Below are positions 15,001 to 30,000 of a stretch of DNA of 64,000 bases, piece by piece. Both the position numbers and the translations under genes were made by a program. The notes beneath the pieces were generated by a model. That model saw only the letters and a program-made list of their open reading frames with translations, searched no databases and was not told the origin of the DNA. Numbering within the stretch: position 1 is the first letter of the stretch; every line of letters starts with the position of its first letter. The DNA comes from Eledone cirrhosa (lineage: Eukaryota), in contig OZ024748.1 of NCBI GenBank assembly GCA_964016885.1, forward strand, positions 39,494,001-39,558,000, written 5' to 3'.

Positions 15001-18000
15001 ATTTCTAATGAAAGTCACTGTCTATGTCATTAACCCTTTCATTACCATATTTCTAATGAAAGTCACTGTCTATGTCATTAACCCTTTCATTACCATATTT
15101 CTAATGAAAGTCACTGTCTATGTCATTAATCCTTTCATTACCATATTTCTAATGAAAGTCACTGTCTATGTCATTAACCCTTTCATTACCATATTTCTAA
15201 TGAAAGTTACTGTCTATGTCATTAACCCTTTCATTACCATATTTCTAATGAAAGTCACTGTCTATGTCATTAACCCTTTCATTACCATATTTCTAATGAA
15301 AGTCACTGTCTATTTCATTAACCCTTTCATTACCATATTTCTAATGAAAGACACTGTCTATGTCATTAACCCTTTCATTACCATATTTCTAATGAAAGAC
15401 ACTGTTTATTTCATTAACCCTTTCATTACCATATTTCTAATGAAAGACACTGTCTATTTCATTAACCCTTTCATTACCATATTTCTAATGAAAGACACTG
15501 TCTATTTCATTAACCCTTTCATTACCATATTTCTAATGAAAGACACTGTCTATTTCATTAACCCTTTCATTACCATATTTCTAATGAAAGACACTGTCTA
15601 TTTCATTAACCCTTTCATTACCATATTTCTAATGAAAGACACTGTCTATTTCATTAAACCTTTCATTACCATATTTCTAATGAAAGACACTGTCTATGTC
15701 ATTAACCCTTTCATTACCATATTTCTAATGAAAGTCACTGTCTATGTCATTAACCCTTTCATTACCATATTTCTAATGAAAGACACAGTCTATGTCATTA
15801 ATCCTTTCATTACCATATTTCTAATGAAAGTCACTGTCTATGTCATTAACCCTTTCATTACCATATTTCTAATGAAAGACACTGTCTATGTGATTAACCC
15901 TGTCATTACCATATTTCTAATGAAAGTTACTGTCTATGTCAGTAACCCTGTCATTACCATATTTCTAATGAAAGTCACTGTCTATGTCATTAACCCTTTC
16001 ATTACCATATTTCTGAGACTGTCTATTTCATTAACCCTTTCATTACCATATTTCTAATGAAAGACACTGTCTATGTCATTAACCCTTTCATTACCATATT
16101 TCTAATGAAAGTCACTGTCTATGTCATTAACCCTTTCATTACCATATTTCTAATGAAAGACACAGTCTATGTCATTAATCCTTTCATTACCATATTTCTA
16201 ATGAAAGTCACTGTCTATGTCATTAACCCTTTCATTACCATATTTCTAATGAAAGACACTGTCTATGTGATTAACCCTGTCATTACCATATTTCTAATGA
16301 AAGTCACTGTCTATGTCATTAACCCTTTCATTACCATATTTCTAATGAAAGACACTGTCTATGTGATTAACCCTGTCATTACCATATTTCTAATGAAAGA
16401 CACTGTCTATGTCATTAACCCTTTCATTACAATATTTCTAATGAAAGTCACTGTCTATGTCATTAACCCTTTCATTACCATATTTCTAATGAAAGTCACT
16501 GTCTATGTCATTAACCCTTTCATTACCATATTTCTAATGAAAGTCACTGTCTATGTCATTAACCCTTTCATTACCATATTTCTAATGAAAGTTACTGTCT
16601 ATGTCATTAACCCTTTCATTACCATATTTCTAATGAAAGTCACTGTCTATGTCATTAACCCTTTCATTACCATATTTCTAATGAAAGTCACTGTCTATTT
16701 CATTAACCCTTTCATTACCATATTTCTAATGAAAGACACTGTCTATGTCATTAACCCTTTCATTACCATATTTCTAATGAAAGACACTGTTTATTTCATT
16801 AACCCTTTCATTACCATATTTCTAATGAAAGACACTGTCTATTTCATTAACCCTTTCATTACCATATTTCTAATGAAAGACACTGTCTATTTCATTAACC
16901 CTTTCATTACCATATTTCTAATGAAAGACACTGTCTATTTCATTAACCCTTTCATTACCATATTTCTAATGAAAGACACTGTCTATTTCATTAACCCTTT
17001 CATTACCATATTTCTAATGAAAGACACTGTCTATTTCATTAAACCTTTCATTACCATATTTCTAATGAAAGACACTGTCTATGTCATTAACCCTTTCATT
17101 ACCATATTTCTAATGAAAGTCACTGTCTATGTCATTAACCCTTTCATTACCATATTTCTAATGAAAGACACAGTCTATGTCATTAATCCTTTCATTACCA
17201 TATTTCTAATGAAAGTCACTGTCTATGTCATTAACCCTTTCATTACCATATTTCTAATGAAAGACACTGTCTATGTGATTAACCCTGTCATTACCATATT
17301 TCTAATGAAAGTTACTGTCTATGTCAGTAACCCTGTCATTACCATATTTCTAATGAAAGTCACTGTCTATGTCATTAACCCTTTCATTACCATATTTCTA
17401 ATGAAAGACACTGTCTATGTCATTAACCCTTTCATTACCATATTTCTAATGAAAGTCACTGTCTATGTCATTAACCCTTTCATTACCATATTTCTAATGA
17501 AAGACACTGTCTATGTCATTAACCCTTTCATTACCATATTTCTAATGAAAGACACTGTCTATGTGATTAACTCTTTCATTACCATATTTCTAATGAAAGA
17601 CACTGTCTATGCAATTAACCCTTTCATTAACATATTTCTCACAAAAGCCACAGCTTATGTCATTAATCCTTTCATTACCATATTTCTAATGAAAGGCACT
17701 GTCTATGTCATTAACCCTTTCATTACCATATTTCTAATGAAAGTCACTGTCTATGTCATTAACCCTTTCATTACCATATTTCTAATGAAAGTCACTGTCT
17801 ATGTCATTAACCCTTTCATTACCATATTTCTAATGAAAGACACAGTCTATGTCATTAATCCTTTCATTACCATATTTCTAATGAAAGTCACTGTCTATGT
17901 CATTAACCCTTTCATTACCATATTTCTAATGAAAGTCACTCTCTACTTCATTAACCCTTTCATTACCATATTTCTAATGAAAGACACAGTCTATGTCATT

Positions 18001-21000
18001 AATCCTTTCATTACCATATTTCTAATGAAAGTCACTGTCTATGTCATTAACCCTTTCATTACCATATTTATAATGAAAGTCACTCTCTACTTCATTAACC
18101 CTTTCATTACCATATTTCTAATGAAAGTCACTGTCTATGTCATTAATCCTTTCATTACCATATTTCTAATGAAAGTCACTGTCTATGTCATTAACCCTTT
18201 CATTACCATATTTCTAATGAAAGTCACTCTCTACTTCATTAACCCTTTCATTACCGTATTTCTAATGAAAGACACTGTCTATGTCATTAACCCTTTCATT
18301 ACCATATTTTTAATGAAAGTCATTGTCTATGTCATTAACCCTTTCATTACCATATTTCTAATGAAAGACACAGTCTATGTCATTAATCCTTTCATTACCA
18401 TATTTCTAATGAAAGACACTATCTATGTCATTAACCCTTTCATTACCATATTTCTAATGAAAGTCACTCTCTACTTCATTAACCCTTTCATTACCATATT
18501 TCTAATGAAAGACACAGTCTATGTCATTAATCCTTTCATTACCATATTTCTAATGAAAGTCACTGTCTATGTCATTAACCCTTTCATTACCATATTTCTA
18601 ATGAAAGTCACTGTCTATGTCATTAACCCTTTCATTACCATATTTCTAATGAAAGTCACTGTTTATGTCATTAACCCTGTCATTACCATATTTCTAATGA
18701 AAGTCACTGTCTATGTCATTAACCCCTTCATTACCATATTTCTAATGAAAGACACTGTCTATGTCATTAACCCTTTCATTACCATATTTCTAATGAAAGA
18801 CACTGTCTATTTCATTAACCCTTTCATTACCATATTTCTAATGAAAGACACTGTCTATGTCATTAACCCTTTCATTACCATATTTCTAATGAAAGACACT
18901 GTCTATGTCATTAACCCTTTCATTACCATATTTCTAATGAAAGTCACTGTCTATGTCATTAACCCTTTCATTACCATATTTCTAATGAAAGTCACTGTCT
19001 ATGTGATTAACCCTGTCATTACCATATTTCTAATGAAAGTCACTGTTTATGTCATTAACCCTGTCATTACCATATTTCTAATGAAAGTCACTGTCTATGT
19101 CATTAACCCTTTCATTACCATATTTCTAATGAAAGACACTGTCTATGTCATTAACCCTTTCATTACCATATTTCTAATGAAAGTCACTGTCTATGTCATT
19201 AACCCTTTCATTACCATATTTCTAATGAAAGTCACTGTCTATGTCATTAACCCTTTCATTACCATATTTCTAATGAAAGTCACTGTTTATGTCATTAACC
19301 CTGTCATTACCATATTTCTAATGAAAGTCACTGTCTATGTCATTAACCCTTTCATTACCATATTTCTAATGAAAGACACTGTCTATGTCATTAACCCTTT
19401 CATTACCATATTTCTAATGAAAGTCACTGTCTATGTCATTAACCCTTTCATTACCATATTTCTAATGAAAGTCACTGTCTATGTCATTAACCCTTTCATT
19501 ACCATATTTCTAATGAAAGTCACTGTCTATGTCATTAATCCTTTCATTACCATATTTCTAATGAAAGGCACTGTCTATGTCATTAACCCTTTCATTACCA
19601 TATTTCTAATGAAAGACACTGTCTATGTCATTAACCCTTTCATTACCATATTTCTAATGAAAGTCACTGTCTATGTCATTAACCCTTTCATTACCATATT
19701 TCTAATGAAAGACACTGTCTATGTCATTAAACCTTTCATTACCATATTTCTGAGACTGTCTATTTCATTAACCCTTTCATTACCATATTTCTAATGAAAG
19801 ACACTGTCTATGTCATTAACCCTTTCATTAACATATTTCTAATGAAAGTCATTGTCTATGTCATTAACCCTTTCATTACCATATTTCTAATGAAAGACAC
19901 AGTCTATGTCATTAATCCTTTCATTACCATATTTCTAATGAAAGACACTATCTATGTCATTAACCCTTTCATTACCATATTTCTAATGAAAGTCACTCTC
20001 TACTTCATTAACCCTTTCATTACCATATTTCTAATGAAAGACACTGTCTATTTCATTAACGCTTTCATTACCATATTTCTGATGAAAGACACTGTCTATG
20101 TCATTAAACCTTTCATTACCATATTTCTAATGAAAGACACTGTCTATGTCATTAACCCTTTCATTACCATATTTCTAATGAAAGTCACTGTCTATGTCAT
20201 TAACCCTTTCATTACCATATTTCTAATGAAAGACACTGTCTATGTGATTAACCCTTTCATTACCATATTTCTAATGAAAGTCACTGTTTATGTCATTAAC
20301 CTTGTCATTACCATATTTCTAATGAAAGTCACTGTCTATGTCATTAACCCTTTCATTACCATATTTCTAATGAAAGACACTGTCTATGTCATTAACCCTT
20401 TCATTACCATATTTCTAATGAAAGTCACTGTCTATGTCATTAACCCTTTCATTACCATATTTCTAATGAAAGTCACTGTCTATGTCATTAACCCTTTCAT
20501 TACCATATTTCTAATGAAAGTCACTGTTTATGTCATTAACCCTGTCATTACCATATTTCTAATGAAAGTCACTGTCTATGTCATTAACCCTTTCATTACC
20601 ATATTTCTAATGAAAGACACTGTCTATGTCATTAACCCTTTCATTACCATATTTCTAATGAAAGTCACTGTCTATGTCATTAACCCTTTCATTACCATAT
20701 TTCTAATGAAAGTCACTGTCTATGTCATTAACCCTTTCATTACCATATTTCTAATGAAAGTCACTGTCTATGTCATTAACCCTTTCATTACCATATTTCT
20801 AATGAAAGTCACTGTCTATGTCATTAATCCTTTCATTACCATATTTCTAATGAAAGGCACTGTCTATGTCATTAACCCTTTCATTACCATATTTCTAATG
20901 AAAGACACTGTCTATTTCATTAACCCTTTCATTACCATATTTCTAATGAAAGACACTGTCTATGTCATTAACCCTTTCATTACCATATTTCTAATGAAAG

Positions 21001-24000
21001 ACACTGTCTATGTCATTAACCCTTTCATTACCATATTTCTAATGAAAGTCACTGTCTATGTCATTAACCCTTTCATTACCATATTTCTAATGAAAGTCAC
21101 TGTCTATGTGATTAACCCTGTCATTACCATATTTCTAATGAAAGTCACTGTTTATGTCATTAACCCTGTCATTACCATATTTCTAATGAAAGTCACTGTC
21201 TATGTCATTAACCCTTTCATTACCATATTTCTAATGAAAGACACTGTCTATGTCATTAACCCTTTCATTACCATATTTCTAATGAAAGTCACTGTCTATG
21301 TCATTAACCCTTTCATTACCATATTTCTAATGAAAGTCACTGTCTATGTCATTAACCCTTTCATTACCATATTTCTAATGAAAGTCACTGTTTATGTCAT
21401 TAACCCTGTCATTACCATATTTCTAATGAAAGTCACTGTCTATGTCATTAACCCTTTCATTACCATATTTCTAATGAAAGACACTGTCTATGTCATTAAC
21501 CCTTTCATTACCATATTTCTAATGAAAGTCACTGTCTATGTCATTAACCCTTTCATTACCATATTTCTAATGAAAGTCACTGTCTATGTCATTAACCCTT
21601 TCATTACCATATTTCTAATGAAAGTCACTGTCTATGTCATTAATCCTTTCATTACCATATTTCTAATGAAAGGCACTGTCTATGTCATTAACCCTTTCAT
21701 TACCATATTTCTAATGAAAGACACTGTCTATGTCATTAACCCTTTCATTACCATATTTCTAATGAAAGTCACTGTCTATGTCATTAACCCTTTCATTACC
21801 ATATTTCTAATGAAAGACACTGTCTATGTCATTAAACCTTTCATTACCATATTTCTGAGACTGTCTATTTCATTAACCCTTTCATTACCATATTTCTAAT
21901 GAAAGACACTGTCTATGTCATTAACCCTTTCATTAACATATTTCTAATGAAAGTCATTGTCTATGTCATTAACCCTTTCATTACCATATTTCTAATGAAA
22001 GACACAGTCTATGTCATTAATCCTTTCATTACCATATTTCTAATGAAAGACACTATCTATGTCATTAACCCTTTCATTACCATATTTCTAATGAAAGTCA
22101 CTCTCTACTTCATTAACCCTTTCATTACCATATTTCTAATGAAAGTCACTGTCTATGTCATTAACCCTTTCATTACCATATTTCTAATGAAAGACACAGT
22201 CTATGTCATTAATCCTTTCATTACCATATTTCTAATGAAAGTCATTGTCTATGTCATTAACCCTTTCATTACCATATTTCTAATGAAAGACACTGTCTAT
22301 GTCATTAACCCTTTCATTACCATATTTCTAATGAAAGTCACTGTCTATGTCATTAACCCTTTCATTACCATATTTCTAATGAAAGACACAGTCTATGTCA
22401 TTAATCCTTTCATTACCATATTTCTAATGAAAGTCACTGTCTATGTCATTAACCCTTTCATTACCATATTTCTAATGAAAGACACTGTCTATGTCATTAA
22501 CCCTTTCATTACCATATTTCTAATGAAAGTCACTGTCTATGTCATTAACCCTTTCATTACCATATTTCTAATGAAAGTCACTGTCTATGTCATTAACCCT
22601 TTCATTACCATATTTCTAATGAAAGTCACTGTTTATGTCATTAACCCTGTCATTACCATATTTCTAATGAAAGTCACTGTCTATGTCATTAACCCTTTCA
22701 TTACCATATTTCTAATGAAAGACACTGTCTATGTCATTAACCCTTTCATTACCATATTTCTAATGAAAGACACTGTCTATTTCATTAACGCTTTCATTAC
22801 CATATTTCTGATGAAAGACACTGTCTATGTCATTAAACCTTTCATTACCATATTTCTAATGAAAGACACTGTCTATGTCATTAACCCTTTCATTACCATA
22901 TTTCTAATGAAAGTCACTGTCTATGTCATTAACCCTTTCATTACCATATTTCTAATGAAAGACACTGTCTATGTGATTAACCCTGTCATTACCATATTTC
23001 TAATGAAAGTCACTGTTTATGTCATTAACCCTGTCATTACCATATTTCTAATGAAAGTCACTGTCTATGTCATTAACCCTTTCATTACCATATTTCTAAT
23101 GAAAGACACTGTCTATGTCATTACCCTTTCATTACCATATTTCTAATGAAAGTCACTGTCAATGTCATTAGCCCTTTCATTACCATATTTCTAATGAAAG
23201 TCACTGTCTATGTCATTAACCCTTTCATTACCATATTTCTAATGAAAGTCACTGTTTATGTCATTAACCTTGTCATTACCATATTTCTAATGAAAGTCAC
23301 TGTCTATGTCATTAACCCTTTCATTACCATATTTCTAATGAAAGACACTGTCTATGTCATTAACCCTTTCATTACCATATTTCTAATGAAAGTCACTGTC
23401 TATGTCATTAACCCTTTCATTACCATATTTCTAATGAAAGTCACTGTCTATGTCATTAACCCTTTCATTACCATATTTCTAATGAAAGTCACTGTTTATG
23501 TCATTAACCCTGTCATTACCATATTTCTAATGAAAGTCACTGTCTATGTCATTAACCCTTTCATTACCATATTTCTAATGAAAGACACTGTCTATGTCAT
23601 TAACCCTTTCATTACCATATTTCTAATGAAAGTCACTGTCTATGTCATTAACCCTTTCATTACCATATTTCTAATGAAAGTCACTGTCTATGTCATTAAC
23701 CCTTTCATTACCATATTTCTAATGAAAGTCACTGTCTATGTCATTAACCCTTTCATTACCATATTTCTAATGAAAGTCACTGTCTATGTCATTAATCCTT
23801 TCATTACCATATTTCTAATGAAAGGCACTGTCTATGTCATTAACCCTTTCATTACCATATTTCTAATGAAAGACACTGTCTATGTCATTAACCCTTTCAT
23901 TACCATATTTCTAATGAAAGTCACTGTCTATGTCATTAATCCTTTCATTACCATATTTCTAATGAAAGTCACTGTTTATGTCATTAACCCTGTCATTACC

Positions 24001-27000
24001 ATATTTCTAATGAAAGTCACTGTCTATGTCATTAACCCTTTCATTACCATATTTCTAATGAAAGACACTGTCTATGTCATTAACCCTTTCATTACCATAT
24101 TTCTAATGAAAGTCACTGTCTATGTCATTAACCCTTTCATTACCATATTTCTAATGAAAGTCACTGTCTATGTCATTAACCCTTTCATTACCATATTTCT
24201 AATGAAAGTCACTGTCTATGTCATTAACCCTTTCATTACCATATTTCTAATGAAAGTCACTGTCTATGTCATTAATCCTTTCATTACCATATTTCTAATG
24301 AAAGGCACTGTCTATGTCATTAACCCTTTCATTACCATATTTCTAATGAAAGACACTGTCTATGTCATTAACCCTTTCATTACCATATTTCTAATGAAAG
24401 TCACTGTCTATGTCATTAACCCTTTCATTACCATATTTCTAATGAAAGACACTGTCTATGTCATTAAACCTTTCATTACCATATTTCTGAGACTGTCTAT
24501 TTCATTAACCCTTTCATTACCATATTTCTAATGAAAGACACTGTCTATGTCATTAACCCTTTCATTAACATATTTCTAATGAAAGTCATTGTCTATGTCA
24601 TTAACCCTTTCATTACCATATTTCTAATGAAAGACACAGTCTATGTCATTAATCCTTTCATTACCATATTTCTAATGAAAGACACTATCTATGTCATTAA
24701 CCCTTTCATTACCATATTTCTAATGAAAGTCACTCTCTACTTCATTAACCCTTTCATTACCATATTTCTAATGAAAGTCACTGTCTATGTCATTAACCCT
24801 TTCATTACCATATTTCTAATGAAAGACACAGTCTATGTCATTAATCCTTTCATTACCATATTTCTAATGAAAGTCATTGTCTATGTCATTAACCCTTTCA
24901 TTACCATATTTCTAATGAAAGACACTGTCTATGTCATTAACCCTTTCATTACCATATTTCTAATGAAAGTCACTGTCTATGTCATTAACCCTTTCATTAC
25001 CATATTTCTAATGAAAGACACAGTCTATGTCATTAATCCTTTCATTACCATATTTCTAATGAAAGTCACTGTCTATGTCATTAACCCTTTCATTACCATA
25101 TTTCTAATGAAAGACACTGTCTATGTCATTAACCCTTTCATTACCATATTTCTAATGAAAGTCACTGTCTATGTCATTAACCCTTTCATTACCATATTTC
25201 TAATGAAAGTCACTGTCTATGTCATTAACCCTTTCATTACCATATTTCTAATGAAAGTCACTGTTTATGTCATTAACCCTGTCATTACCATATTTCTAAT
25301 GAAAGTCACTGTCTATGTCATTAACCCTTTCATTACCATATTTCTAATGAAAGACACTGTCTATGTCATTAACCCTTTCATTACCATATTTCTAATGAAA
25401 GACACTGTCTATTTCATTAACGCTTTCATTACCATATTTCTGATGAAAGACACTGTCTATGTCATTAAACCTTTCATTACCATATTTCTAATGAAAGACA
25501 CTGTCTATGTCATTAACCCTTTCATTACCATATTTCTAATGAAAGTCACTGTCTATGTCATTAACCCTTTCATTACCATATTTCTAATGAAAGACACTGT
25601 CTATGTGATTAACCCTGTCATTACCATATTTCTAATGAAAGTCACTGTTTATGTCATTAACCCTGTCATTACCATATTTCTAATGAAAGTCACTGTCTAT
25701 GTCATTAACCCTTTCATTACCATATTTCTAATGAAAGACACTGTCTATGTCATTAACCCTTTCATTACCATATTTCTAATGAAAGTCACTGTCAATGTCA
25801 TTAGCCCTTTCATTACCATATTTCTAATGAAAGTCACTGTCTATGTCATTAACCCTTTCATTACCATATTTCTAATGAAAGTCACTGTTTATGTCATTAA
25901 CCTTGTCATTACCATATTTCTAATGAAAGTCACTGTCTATGTCATTAACCCTTTCATTACCATATTTCTAATGAAAGACACTGTCTATGTCATTAACCCT
26001 TTCATTACCATATTTCTAATGAAAGTCACTGTCTATGTCATTAACCCTTTCATTACCATATTTCTAATGAAAGTCACTGTCTATGTCATTAACCCTTTCA
26101 TTACCATATTTCTAATGAAAGTCACTGTTTATGTCATTAACCCTGTCATTACCATATTTCTAATGAAAGTCACTGTCTATGTCATTAACCCTTTCATTAC
26201 CATATTTCTAATGAAAGACACTGTCTATGTCATTAACCCTTTCATTACCATATTTCTAATGAAAGTCACTGTCTATGTCATTAACCCTTTCATTACCATA
26301 TTTCTAATGAAAGTCACTGTCTATGTCATTAACCCTTTCATTACCATATTTCTAATGAAAGTCACTGTCTATGTCATTAACCCTTTCATTACCATATTTC
26401 TAATGAAAGTCACTGTCTATGTCATTAATCCTTTCATTACCATATTTCTAATGAAAGGCACTGTCTATGTCATTAACCCTTTCATTACCATATTTCTAAT
26501 GAAAGACACTGTCTATGTCATTAACCCTTTCATTACCATATTTCTAATGAAAGTCACTGTCTATGTCATTAATCCTTTCATTACCATATTTCTAATGAAA
26601 GTCACTGTTTATGTCATTAACCCTGTCATTACCATATTTCTAATGAAAGTCACTGTCTATGTCATTAACCCTTTCATTACCATATTTCTAATGAAAGACA
26701 CTGTCTATGTCATTAACCCTTTCATTACCATATTTCTAATGAAAGTCACTGTCTATGTCATTAACCCTTTCATTACCATATTTCTAATGAAAGTCACTGT
26801 CTATGTCATTAACCCTTTCATTACCATATTTCTAATGAAAGTCACTGTTTATGTCATTAACCCTTTCATTACCATATTTCTAATGAAAGTCACTGTCTAT
26901 GTCATTAACCCTTTCATTACCATATTTCTAATGAAAGACACTGTCTATGTCATTAACCCTTTCATTACCATATTTCTAATGAAAGTCACTGTCTATGTCA

Positions 27001-30000
27001 TTAACCCTTTCATTACCATATTTCTAATGAAAGTCACTGTCTATGTCATTAACCCTTTCATTACCATATTTCTAATGAAAGTCACTGTCTATGTCATTAA
27101 CCCTTTCATTACCATATTTCTAATGAAAGTCACTGTCTATGTCATTAATCCTTTCATTACCATATTTCTAATGAAAGGCACTGTCTATGTCATTAACCCT
27201 TTCATTACCATATTTCTAATGAAAGACACTGTCTATGTCATTAACCCTTTCATTACCATATTTCTAATGAAAGTCACTGTCTATGTCATTAACCCTTTCA
27301 TTACCATATTTCTAATGAAAGACACTGTCTATGTCATTAACCCTTTCATTACCATATTTCTGAGACTGTCTATTTCATTAACCCTTTCATTACCATATTT
27401 CTAATGAAAGACACTGTCTATGTCATTAACCCTTTCATTACCATATTTCTAATGAAAGTCATTGTCTATGTCATTAACCCTTTCATTACCATATTTCTAA
27501 TGAAAGACACAGTCTATGTCATTAATCCTTTCATTACCATATTTCTAATGAAAGACACTATCTATGTCATTAACCCTTTCATTACCATATTTCTAATGAA
27601 AGTCACTCTCTACTTCATTAAACCTTTCATTACCATATTTCTAATGAAAGACACAGTCTATGTCATTAATCCTTTCATTACCATATTTCTAATGAAAGTC
27701 ACTGTCTATGTCATTAACCCTTTCATTACCATATTTCTAATGAAAGACACTGTCTATGTGATTAACCCTGTCATTACCATATTTCTAATGAAAGTCACTG
27801 TTTATGTCATTAACCCTGTCATTACCATATTTCTAATGAAAGTCACTGTCTATGTCATTAACCCTTTCATTACCATATTTCTAATGAAAGACACTGTCTA
27901 TGTCATTAACCCTTTCATTACCATATTTCTAATGAAAGTCACTGTCTATGTCATTAACCCTTTCATTACCATATTTCTAATGAAAGTCACTGTCTATGTC
28001 ATTAACCCTTTCATTACCATATTTCTAATGAATGTCACTGTTTATGTCATTAACCCTGTCATTACCATATTTCTAATGAAAGTCACTGTCTATGTCATTA
28101 ACCCTTTCATTACCATATTTCTAATGAAAGACACTGTCTATGTCATTAACCCTTTCATTACCATATTTCTAATGAAAGACACTGTCTATTTCATTAACCC
28201 TTTCATTACCATATTTCTAATGAAAGACACTGTCTATGTCATTAACCCTTTCATTACCATATTTCTAATGAAAGACACTGTCTATGTCATTAACCCTTTC
28301 ATTACCATATTTCTAATGAAAGTCACTGTCTATGTCATTAACCCTTTCATTACCATATTTCTAATGAAAGACACTGTCTATGTGATTAACCCTGTCATTA
28401 CCATATTTCTAATGAAAGTCACTGTTTATGTCATTAACCCTGTCATTACCATATTTCTAATGAAAGTCACTGTCTATGTCATTAACCCTTTCATTACCAT
28501 ATTTCTAATGAAAGACACTGTCTATGTCATTAACCCTTTCATTAACATATTTCTAATGAAAGTCACTGTCTATGTCAGTAACCCTTTCATTACCATATTT
28601 CTAATGAAAGTCACTGTCTATGTCATTAACCCTTTCATTACCATATTTCTAATGAAAGTCACTGTTTATGTCATTAACCCTGTCATTACCATATTTCTAA
28701 TGAAAGTCACTGTCTATGTCATTAACCCTTTCATTACCATATTTCTAATGAAAGACACTGTCTATGTCATTGACCCTTTCATTACCATATTTCTAATGAA
28801 AGTCACTGTCTATGTCATTAACCCTTTCATTACCATATTTCTAATGAAAGTCACTGTCTATGTCATTAACCCTTTCATTACCATATTTCTAATGAAAGTC
28901 ACTGTTTATGTCATTAACCCTGTCATTACCATATTTCTAATGAAAGTCACTGTCTATGTCATTAACCCTTTCATTACCATATTTCTAATGAAAGACACTG
29001 TCTATGTCATTAACCCTTTCATTACCATATTTCTAATGAAAGTCACTGTCTATGTCATTAACCCTTTCATTACCATATTTCTAATGAAAGTCACTGTCTA
29101 TGTCATTAACCCTTTCATTACCATATTTCTAATGAAAGTCACTGTCTATGTCATTAACCCTTTCATTACCATATTTCTAATGAAAGTCACTGTCTATGTC
29201 ATTAATCCTTTCATTACCATATTTCTAATGAAAGGCACTGTCTATGTCATTAACCCTTTCATTACCATATTTCTAATGAAAGACACTGTCTATGTCATTA
29301 ACCCTTTCATTACCATATTTCTAATGAAAGTCACTGTCTATGTCATTAACCCTTTCATTACCATATTTCTAATGAAAGACACTGTCTAAGTCATTAACCC
29401 TTTCATTACCATATTTCTGAGACTGTCTATTTCATTAACCCTTTCATTACCATATTTCTAATGAAAGACACTGTCTATGTCATTAACCCTTTCATTACAA
29501 TATTTCTAATGAAAGTCACTGTCTATGTCATTAACCCTTTCATTACCATATTTCTAATGAAAGTCACTGTCTATGTCATTAACCCTTTCATTACCATATT
29601 TCTAATGAAAGTCACTGTCTATGTCATTAACCCTTTCATTACCATATTTCTAATGAAAGTCACTGTCTATGTCATTAACCCTTTCATTACCATATTTCTA
29701 ATGAAAGTCACTGTGTATGTCATTAACCCTTTCATTACCATATTACTAATGAAAGTCACTGTCTATTTCATTAACCCTTTCATTACCATATTTCTAATGA
29801 AAGACACTGTCTATGTCATTAACCCTTTCATTACCATATTTCTAATGAGAGACACTGTTTATTTCATTAATCCTTTGATTACCATATTTCTAATGAAAGA
29901 CACTGTCTATTTCATTAACCCTTTCATTACCATATTTCTAATGAAAGACACTGTCTATTTCATTAACCCTTTCATTACCATATTTCTAATGAAAGACACT